In this document: piece by piece, positions 25,159 to 35,148 of the stretch
How the letters are laid out: each line of letters begins with the position of its first letter
Position numbering within the stretch: the stretch's first letter is position 1
Assembly: GCA_010405405.1 (NCBI GenBank)
Contig: MU004233.1
Span: forward strand, 757,122 to 821,121
DNA length: 64,000 nt
Source: Microthyrium microscopicum
Lineage: Eukaryota
Direction: 5' to 3'
Position numbers and translations under genes: made by a program
The notes under the pieces: model-generated
The model's database searches: none
What the model was told of the DNA's origin: nothing
What the model saw: the letters and a program-made list of their open reading frames with translations, nothing else

Positions 25159-26441
25159 ATGCCTTTGCGCAGCCAATGGTCGCTTCAGCGAGAAGGCAAG
25201 AAACCCAGCAAACTTGCATGTGACTTATCGGTACTAACAAGTCCCAGGTTTCACCTTTGATACAGTACTGAGTCTACTGAAGAAAACCGCGCTCAATCCA
25301 TGGTACACATTGCCGCTCTATCTATTCTCCAAATACCACGTCAAAGGCCAAGAAGTAGCAGCAAAGCGACCCGACCTCGCAAAATGGCTCCGACGATTCG
25401 CGATACTAAGCGCTATCCGTTACATGAACAGCGTACTGAATAGTGGGCTCACCAACAACTGGAAAAACGATACATACGACTGGAAAAAAGAGATCGTGGT
25501 TGTCACAGGTGGCAGTGATGGCATCGGCGCTCGAGTTGTCCAGCTCCTCGCCGAGCGCGGTATCAAAGTCGTGATACTCGATATTCAGCCGCCAAAGTTT
25601 ACCAGTACGTTTACAATTGAGCAGGACTATTGATATTCGATGCTAATGGGTTTGACAGCTCGGCCAAACGTTCACTACTTCAAATGCGATCTCGCCAACC
25701 CCTCTGATATCCGATACATCGCCGCGAGCGTCTCACAATCTATCGGCTCGCCCACAATCCTCATTAACAATGCTGGATTTGCGCGCGGGAACTCAATCTT
25801 GTCGGCTAGCGATACGGATATCAAGCTTACTTTCCAGATCAACACGCTCGCCCACTACCACCTTGCACAAGCATTTCTACCTTCCATGATCTCCAAGAAC
25901 CACGGAATGGTTGTAACCATTGCCTCGCTCGCCGCATATATCACATCGCCTGGCCTAGTCGACTACAGCGCAAGTAAAGCTGCCGCACTAGTTTTCCATG
26001 AGGGTCTCTCCGTAAGTGATATCGCAGTCTTAACAGAAGTAAAGCTAACAAAATTAGGCTGAACTTGCCACCATCCACAAAGCCCCCGCCGTGCGAACAA
26101 TCTGCGTTTGTCAAGGCTATACAAAAACACCCCTATTCGAAGGCTTCCATAAAGGCGACCGCTTCATGAACTACGCACTAGAACCTGAGACCGTAGCCGA
26201 AGAGATTGTGCGCGGAGTCCTACGAGGACAATCAGATCACATCATGCTCCCTCGCGGAAACGCATATATTGCAGCACTTCGGGCATTCCCACTCTGGATG
26301 CAAGCTCATGTGCGCAAAGATCTGAAGAAGATGATGATCAACTGGAAAGGCAGACAAGTAGCACAACCAAGCGAGAAGAGTGCTAACTCGAGTCCTATTG
26401 AAAGCAGTGGAATACTTGTCGACAAAGAAGACAAGGAATGA
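25159..26441 (+). CDS. Short-chain dehydrogenase/reductase (17beta-HSD XI / retinol dehydrogenase-like)
   Basis: 4 exons; VVTGGSDGIG, LINNAG, TIASLA, DYSASKAA; first intron 25196-25247 appears to be GC-AG. Confidence 0.9.
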
Positions 26442-26599
26442 AATATGGAATGATGAATGTTATTATGTATTAGGATTGAACGTATTGCTAACAGATGAAC
26501 TGCAAGATGTTGCAAATGAGCTTGCGGATGTATATATGAAATGAATTTGGCCGTGTGCTGCGTATTTATCGTGATGCGTCTTGAATCAATTGCGTGCTC

Positions 26600-27006
26600 C
26601 TATCTTCTCCGCACGATATCGACAACTCCGTTGGGCTCGATCCTTCTAGTTGCTACCGGCGCTTGGTGTGATCCGCGTGAACTGCGAACGATGTCGATTG
26701 CGCCATTTGGCTCGATTCTCCTCGTCTTTACGGGACCGCCGGGACGGGAGTGATAGGTCTCCTCAACACTATATCTAACTCATGGTTAGTCATGTTTGAC
26801 AAGGGGCCAATACACTCGTCGTACCTTGGTGAACGGCTGCGATGGTGATGATGATCTTCGCTTCTCCTTCTAGCGCTGCTGCTAGGTAGTCTGGCAACTC
26901 TTGTTTCGACGCCGTCGGGATGAGCAGAGTATTGAGAGGAGTGAGGATGAGGACGATCCCAAGATCTGAGAGGGCCTTCTACGCGCTCGCCTTTAAAGAA
27001 ACACAT
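26600..27006 (-). CDS. Small orphan protein (~118 aa) with a duplicated C-terminal motif
   Basis: Exons 27006-26825 and 26774-26600; 50-nt intron GTACGA...CTAAC...TAG restores frame; repeat PVKTRRIEPNGAIDIVR / PVATRRIEPNGVVDIVR. Confidence 0.6.
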
Positions 27007-27547
27007 GTTGGCAGTAGTTTGGTAAGACACTTGGAATTAGCAAGTCTATGGATGAACTCTCAAGGCAGTAAGTAAAGTAAAATGCATCAGTCATGATGTT
27101 GTAAAGCTCAACACCATAAATGCGCTTCTGCACAGTGACGTCAGTCCACGTTCGTGATGCTTCTTAGCCACGCGAGCTTTAGCTTGGGATCAACACCTAC
27201 TTGGGAAAGGATCCTTCAGCGCCGTGACTCTGTGAGCACACAGGATGCCTTTTGCACATTTCGATATCACCGCAGACAATGACACCCTGTCGCTGATCTT
27301 TGGTATCGCGTTGAAGTAACAGAGGCTCCTCCCCCGGGCCCCAACAACTCCAACGTCTATCGACATTTTGAGGATTCAACTTTGCACTAATTCGATTCTA
27401 TATACCCAGCTCAGGGTTCGATGTGAACCAGTAGCATGATTTCTTGCAGATACGTAAGAAGTTTCGGCCTGGAAGTTATCAATTCAAGATATCAATTGAG
27501 TTCAAGATATATGCGAGATTGTGGGTACAACTAAGAGCCCTACCAAC

Positions 27548-28370
27548 CTAACAATTTCCTCCAGACATGACAATGCTCTTTGCTGCTATTCTCACGTTTT
27601 CCATCATTACCGCTTGGCCATTTACACACTCCACCCGGACGTCCACCGTTTCACCCAACGGCTTTTCCCAAGTGAACGCATTCCAGTCCTTGTTACTCAG
27701 CTTATTCCACTGTCCATTACCCGCCGACCTCATCCATACAGCATTTATAGGATAATTGGAATTTATCACTCGAGTGCTTAGCCACCAGGCGCTGGATCCT
27801 TCCATGAAATCAAGCGCCAATGCTTCGGCGTTTTGACAGGATACGATATCCCAATCGGCTTGCACAGACTGCTGGGTACGGGGTGCGAGGTATTGGTAGG
27901 CTTCTTCAAACAGGTTGAGATCTTGAGGTAGGCCAGGCGACTGATCCATAATCTACTGTCTTTAGTTCCGTGATCCTCCATTCGTGGGGAAAATGAGTTG
28001 GGAACGAACCATGGCTGTGACTTGTCTTCCACCCTGTCGCTCCCTCACATTCACACATGCGCCGCAGTATCCGCCGTTGTACCACATCTTGCCCGTTATG
28101 GCAGCACCAGGCATTCCACTTGTTGGCTTGTAAGTAGTAAAGCCGCAGTTACCGCCGCCCCATTTTCCGTTGTAGTGCGTAACGGCGACATTGTTTCTCG
28201 GAGGTACAGGAGCTTTCAATCTGTCAGCCTTGAACTCTCAAATTCTATGGAGCGGTCCCATCTCCTCTCTGGTAGCACTTACTATCTTGTGTACTGGATA
28301 CGTTGAACGGCGTACCCAGAGCTACCTGTGCCAAACCGGCCAAAATCACGGCATTTTTCGACCAAGACAT
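27548..28370 (-). CDS. Expansin-like secreted protein (DPBB + CBM63-like), divergent
   Basis: Signal MSWSKNAVILAGLAQVALG; THY..GGNCGF, WYNGGYCGACVNV, VTAM|IMDQ, WDIVSC, GSSAWWLSTRVINSNYPI, VDVRVECVNG; 3 exons with canonical introns. Confidence 0.82.
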
Positions 28371-28471
28371 ATCTTCGAAATATCTTCAAATTGAATTCAG
28401 GATAGTTTCGGAAAAGCAAAGACAAGTCCACTATCATAGACCCTCCTTCCTGATTTATATATGCACGAGTA

Positions 28472-29144
28472 CCATAGCGCGCCCTAGGGTTTTGAAGACA
28501 CTCTGTTGCTATTATGGCAAATAAGCAATAGAACAACACCCTTCTATAGTCGCTAATAGCTTTTATATTGGTTATATATCTCTTAAGAAATGTATTCTGT
28601 ATAATTTACTAGTAGCCTAGTTTTCTTTTATATTTAATAGCTATTTATCTAGATACTATGTTATACTAGATAGTCTGTCAAGTATTTATATAGGAAGCTA
28701 GATAAAGGTGCTTTAAATTGCCTATATTATATAGAGAAAGGTAATATCTATTTATAGTTCGCGCGAATAAGTAAAAATAATATGTAAGATTTATGCAGTT
28801 TAGTAAGCATGCTATGCCTAAATAGGTTAGTAGATATAATGTAATGTAAAGTAAGATAACTAATACTACGAATGATCTGGTTAGTTTATGGATCCCTGCA
28901 TGCCACCAGTTCAATTCCGGGTCCCTGCAGGCGCCTTTTTTTTGCTACTTTTTAAAGCTATTTTGACAGGCTATTCTGGCTGACAGAATGTTATAGCTAG
29001 ATATAGGATAATACTATTACATTCTAGATCAAATTGGCAGATCTCGATAATGATTTTCTGCCAAAATGCTATCATGAAATAACATCTATCGAAGCTTGCC
29101 ATACTAAAGACAGAGTATCTCAGAACCCCAAGGGCGCGCTATGG
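28472..29144. mobile_element. Non-autonomous DNA transposon / MITE-like element (Tc1/mariner-type TA target site), AT-rich interior
   Basis: Imperfect ~49-bp TIRs at 28472-28520 and 29096-29144, outer 14 bp identical (CCATAGCGCGCCCT); TA at 28470-71 and 29145-46; TpA-rich interior with no credible ORF. Confidence 0.8.
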
Positions 29145-30720
29145 TAGATAAATGAGTACCAAGCACAGAGCTGTTCACCGGTAGACCTCCCGTGCCAATT
29201 TCTAGAACTACATCCATGCTTTCATGGTAGCATAGATCAATACCGGGCTCAACATCCAAGACATATCAATCAAAGAGACTCGGGATTGTAGCATACCCCA
29301 AAGTCTGGGACATGAGCGAGCTATTATTGGAACCTGGTCAATATGTAGCGGCTCATCTCGTCCATAGGGGTCTATGATCGTCCCGAAATCCGAAGCTTGT
29401 ATGGGTAGAGAATAAACTAGTGTTTATTTCTCTCTGACTCGGTTATTCTTCTTTTCGGACCTTTCTTCTTTTCCAGCTATCATACGTCCTTCAGTGTTTG
29501 CAAGGACATATTCATGTTCCTGGATACCAGTGTTGAAGCTTTCTCAGGCACGGGAAACCCATTAATCAATGTTGAGATCATGACGCGGACCATTATCTCT
29601 ATTAACTTTATACCAAGTAAAGTACCTGAAAGTAAGCAGACTTGGCTGACTACGGCCGAGGTCCTTGTTTCGGAACATGAAGAGATAGTGGTATCGACAA
29701 GTTCATATCATATTAAGGTACTTGCTTTCGCTGATGAACTACAGGTAAGATTGTTGAGAACCACTTTCAATACTAAACATCGACTTACCGGGGTCCTCCC
29801 GAACCCAAAAAAAGATTCTATATTCATTAAAATTTGCCTAGGTACTTGAGAAAATGTGGTGGCCATGACCAATCGTTGGTCGTGTCTTTCGGAATTTGCC
29901 CTATCTGACGTTGACGACACTGGGCCGTTATCCGTAATTTCTATAGAAGCCGTGGATGGTAAAGAACAATATATACACTAATCGGATGATATTGTACCTG
30001 GGCAAATTCTCGTGTTGCATGCTAAGTCCTAAAGGATCAGGTACCCGATAGTTACACATTCTGCCGTAAGCCTGAATCCATCCCACGGGCCGGGTACGTG
30101 GGTTGCTACCCAGATGCTTCCACGATCAAATACACTTTTCCTGGATGGTTGAAAAGCATAGTCAATTGCGCAAGTCTAGTTTCTACTCCGCTTGAAGCTT
30201 AAACATAATAAGTAAAAGAATCCCGCCGATCGAAATGAGCTGTCAGTCACTGAGCCCTTCCTAGTTCATTCAAGCGAATAATTGGCAAAGGGATTTCCGA
30301 AACTTGTCTTTGGGACACTATCACTGTTCCAATTTCTTCCAAATGACGAGGACGAATCATGACGGTTAAAGTTCCCCTTCTCGTAAGGTCGTGGGTCTAC
30401 CTCCAACCCTGAAATAAAGCTGGCAAAATGTCCATATTTCACTTTCTAGCTGGCAAATGTAAGAGCATCAGTATATTAAGGCAACCGGGAATGGTGAATA
30501 AGGACTTTAAGTCGCAATTGGCCTTATGATTTATGGTGCAGATCCAGGTTTAGTTATGCTGCTAGGACTGCACTTTCTAGGAGCACACTCTCTAGATCGA
30601 GCTAACCTCATGTCGTGCACAGATATAGTTTGTGATCGTCACTGTAAAATGAAGCCAGAATGATAGTAAAAGTAATGCTCTATTCTATGGGGTATCTCTA
30701 GGAAAGTGCTTCTTCCTTCT

Positions 30721-31474
30721 TCACGCATCCGGAAACTGCACAACAGTCAGAAAATCAATCAGTGCCTCGATATCAACCCTCGCCGCGTCACTGCCTTGGC
30801 AATGCGCCTTCAGTAACCCATTGCTCTCGGTAAAGATGACCCAGCTCATTCCATCCTTGTAATCCAACTGGACTTCCCAATTCAAGCGACCAGGAGCTGC
30901 GCGTTGTGGCGCCTGTGATGCTGGAAGCGCGCCAAACACCGCCATCACCCGGTATAGAAGGAGGTGAGTTGAGATTCGTCGATTCAGAAACCACACCGTC
31001 GAATTTGGCAGCATTATGATATCTGGATCGTTGAAGTCTTAAATTACGAATTAGCAAACGGAAGTTGCAGTATTAAAAGTTCAGTGACTTACCATTTTCG
31101 TTCTCGATATAGCTGAATTTGTTACGGAATTGCTCCATTAGACTCGGCGCTGTCGAGTCTACATGACCGGGAGGAGCAGCACCTCTCAAGAGCAGAAATT
31201 CCTGTCTGAAGCCGGTCCATAGATCCACGTATGGCAGTCGTTGTGGTAGTGAAAGGAATAGACTTGATATGGAGCCTTGACGGCCCAGTTCTTCCCGCAT
31301 CAATCGCATAAGTCTTTCCTGTCTGGGCGCGTCGAATCTGTATATGGTATCCCAGGCCGCTGCGGATACGAGCATGCTCTTGACAAAGCTTTTCATGGCC
31401 AAAGTGGCCAGTGACTTTACAGGAGCGTGGTGAAAGCCTGCGAGGGCGACGGCACGGGAAGGAGGTGATGCCAT
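30721..31474 (-). CDS. Hypothetical protein, 2 exons
   Basis: ORFs 31073-31474 and 30721-31014 join in frame across an intron GTAAGT...CTAAT...AAG (~31039-31092): ...IENEN|DFNDPDIIMLPNS...HLLLYRVMAVFG...WEVQLDYKDG. Confidence 0.6.
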
Positions 31475-32217
31475 TTTATCGGTAGCGATTGTGGAATCGG
31501 TGTTTGTAATGAAGGTATATAGAAAGCGATAGACGTGAGAGCGTAATGAGGGTATAAAGAGAGTGTTTTGGGAAGATGGAAGTCGAGCAACAAAATAATC
31601 GTGGGCTCAAGAATATTCTGCGATATACCTAGAACCGGAAGCTATCGTCACCGCCAACCCAAATCAGGCCATGTCGCCATGCTAAGAAGTAGAACGGCAG
31701 GTACGACTGTCGAGATATGAGCAAGAACAGCCCCGTTTGTTCCTTGAGGTGATAGCTTGTGCATGGTGGACAAGTAAGTAGAAGGCAAGTACGTTAAAAC
31801 ACGAAAGAACGTTAGGTGCTTTTACTCTAGCCATCGACCTCAAACACCAATAGAGGCTCAACTGGAAGCTTGCTGTGGAAGGAGTAAAGGACAGCTACTT
31901 GGGCTAGCGTTATATAGCATTTTCTAAGTTGTTACGCTCAATCATGGTTAAGGTCGAACTGACCCTTAGTTTCTGATTTGAAAAATGTATGTCAATGACA
32001 AGAGGACATACTATAAAATATCAAACTGAGCAACGAAATCTCCTATCACAACATCTAGCATCCGAGATCACAACGATATTATGACAATTCAAATAACTCA
32101 AACCAACAAAGCACCAGACTTGTTCCCTTAGAAAGATTTAATACCAGCTCATCAACAACCACCTGCCATCCATCATCCAGCCTCCAACACGCAACATCTA
32201 TATCCATCCCCATATCC

Positions 32218-32610
32218 TCACCCAGTCACATAAACATCATCCTCATCACCATTATCCTTACACCCCCGAAAGCAAAACTCCCTCAACTCAACTCCATGAC
32301 CGCACACCATAAGCAATTTGCCAATATTCTCAGCCGTGACGGCGAAAGGAGGATCTCGATCCTGAAGTGCGCCTTGTATTTGAGCGCAATACTCCGGATT
32401 ATCTTCATCTGATCAGAAACACCATATCATTCATTGTAGAGCGCTAGCTCCTTGTGGAGAGAAATTATGGTGCAGTGACTGTTGATGGATAAGGGACGGG
32501 GAGAAGAACTTACTGAGGGCCTCAATCTTGTTACCGCAGTATGATCGGCCGGACTGACAGAGGTCAGCGACGGCGACGGTTGGTAAGAGGAGAAGGGTGA
32601 ACGATTTCAT
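32218..32610 (-). CDS. Small secreted cysteine-rich protein (effector-like, ~93 aa, 6 Cys)
   Basis: MKSFTLLLLPTVAVA-DLCQSGRSYCGNKIEAL | intron 32513 to ~32403 | NNPEYCAQIQGALQ...LLMVCGHGVELREFCFRGCKDNGDEDDVYVTG*; TATA-like TATATAA upstream; not in the ORF track. Confidence 0.75.
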
Positions 32611-33777
32611 GGTTTGGATCGTGGGTTTGGTTATGTTGATGTTGGTAGCTGGTGGCCTGTCATTGAATAGGAGTAGATGGTGTACTTATATACAGATCAA
32701 GGGCGCTACATCGTTGAGATCAAAGAGAATTACTGTTTCCTCGTTTAACAGCGATAACAGGTACGAAGTCAGCCACCGGTGGCCTTGGATATGAGTTCAC
32801 AAGTATCAAAGCCGCAATACAGACGTCGTCGTACTACCACAAGAGACACTTGGCATAAACACTCTTTTGTTCTCGTTACCTTATTGCTAGAAACACGGGA
32901 ATGATGGTAACCAAACTCTATCACAAGAAAATGGGGACATGTTCAGTGCTTACTGAGGGTTGGCGAACAAGGTTGCAATTTTACAAACAGTCCGAGTCTT
33001 GTTAAAACATGCCCCAAAATCTGCCATCGCCTCTCTTGTGAGTACGATGGTTTTGATAAAACAAGACTATCTTTGTTCTTCAGTCGTCTGAGATCCGTAC
33101 ACCAAGGAAGAGGAAGAGTATGACCTACTCCGTAAACATGAGAGAGATATCTTCAATATCTACGCCCCAAACGTCACAGCGATCACGAACAATCCGCTAT
33201 GCAAGGCACAGCAAACTCATCCACATGTCCGCCTTCTCCACCACCCTCGTATATCCCCAAGCTTCAACCCGTGGACATCGTATTCCCAACGCCACAAGAT
33301 GACAGAAGGGCCAAACATCCAACTTCACTCCCTTAAGGATCCAAGAAAACCCCATGAATGAGAGATGAAAAAAACAACAGATGTCATTATTAGGACATAC
33401 ATACAATCTATAGTAAGTAGGTAGTAGCAGATGCACAGCAAACACAGACGGGCATGGCACACAGCGTCCAAATCTACACCTAATCCAAACAGAGCGAAAC
33501 CGCTAATAATTCCCACCAAACGCCCCAATGAGAGAGGCAATGTGATCCTCTTTTTTGCTATCTTGTAAATGATATGCGCGCGCAACACTTGCAAAGCGCC
33601 ACCAATGATTTGTTTTCAAAGTCCGTGAAGGGACCCAAGGAAAGAAAAGGAGGTACAGGAAATGAAGTTTGAAGCGCAAGACCCCGGGCGATGCGTTGGG
33701 TTGACTAGCAGCGCGAGATATTTGTATTCTACAGTTTTTGGTCGGTAAGGAAGGCAAGGAAGATTGCGATTCTGGAT

Positions 33778-35148
33778 CTAGTTGCCAGTCTCGCGGAGTA
33801 CACCCTTCCATTTGGTCATGTCGTACTGGGCACCAAAGCTTGGGCCAACTCCGCCGACTAGGACGAAGAGTGTGAGGAGGACCATTCCAAAGATGATGAT
33901 CTTGCGCATGACGGGCGCCCGGGAACCGTATTCAGCCCAGGAGCGTTGAGCATCGCCAAGATGGCCCTTGATCTTTTCTGCGCCGAGCTTGTAGTAGACC
34001 AGACCAACGAGGGCAATGGAGTAGCCGAATGCTTGAAGACCGGAGACTGGGTCGCCAAAGACGACCATGGAGGCAATGACAAGGAGAATATCCTTGAGGA
34101 CACCGGAGAGAGTCAGGACCAGGGCAGATGTCTTTCCAATCTGGAGGGATAAATTTAGTACTCTGTTCAGGGCATGCCGGGATGGCATAGGGGAATGGTG
34201 AAACATACCAAGAAGACGACAGCTAAGTTTAGCATGAATGCGACGCTTGCGTTGGCAAGTAAAGTCATAAGACCAAGATCATAAATCTTGGCCATCGAAA
34301 GCGATGGGACCTCGAGGAACAGAGCGACTGTGCCATTCATGACGGCACAGACTGGCGCAAAGTAGTATAGGGAGACCATTGGGTCCATCTTGAACTCTGC
34401 GCCATTGAGAAGCCGGTCGACCATTGCCAATCGGGTGGCTTCAAATGCAACTCCCAGAATGCAAAAGACGACACCAATCAAAACGAATTTGATCTCTCCA
34501 ATGGAAGCAATTATAACACCGACAACGATGACCATGATATTTCCTAATGTTCGAATATTCGGCTGAGCTGTTCCAAGGACCCAGGTGACGACAAGTGTAG
34601 CGGCGGGTGTCGTAGCCTAGAAAAGTTAGTATTCCCTGACCCTATCCAATGTAATACGGATACGGACCTTTAGCATCTGAATAAAAGCGACTGAAAGGTG
34701 GATATATGTCATGTTGCTGAACATCAAGCTCAAACTGAAAAAGACACCGATTGGGACAATTGCTCGGAGATAGACTCGTCCTGTCATGGGTACCTTCTTT
34801 CTCGAGTCGAGCATTGTTGTGAATTTAGCCATTGATTGTGTCATTATGGTTGCGAATATAAGATGCCATGTTGTAAGAGTAATGGGGAACTTGAAGTCTT
34901 TGGTGTGCAGTATCCATTTGTTGAAGATGATGACTGAAGAACTCAAGCCTATCCAGACGCTTTGAAAGTGTCAGAGGAGCCAATTGCAATAGAATTTCAT
35001 CCAGGAAGACTTACGCAATGTATACTGCGGCTGGAAGTGTGGGCTTTGCTGGAGGAGCGGCAGCTGTGGCCGGAACTGGAAGAGTTTGAGATGTTGATTC
35101 GGAGGACCGATCTTGCTCGCCCGACACGCGAACCTTTTCTTCTGACAT
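33778..35148 (-). CDS. Triose-phosphate / nucleotide-sugar transporter family protein (TPT, Cas41-like)
   Basis: 4 exons; MSEEKVRVSGE, SSSVIIFNKWIL, FPITLTTWHL, RAIVPIG, LSVAFIQMLK, KMDPMVSLYYFAP, IGKTSALVLTLSGVLKDILLV. Confidence 0.9.

Noticed and set aside
28891..28946. B-box-like GTTCAATTCC followed by an oligo-T run inside the transposon (tRNA/SINE remnant?)
   Set aside because: No A-box or cloverleaf could be folded by eye; tRNAscan-SE would settle it
32270..32295. Suspected frameshift in the small secreted protein
   Set aside because: Recounting the bases (TTG AGG GAG TTT TGC) shows the frame is intact to the TGA at 32218-32220
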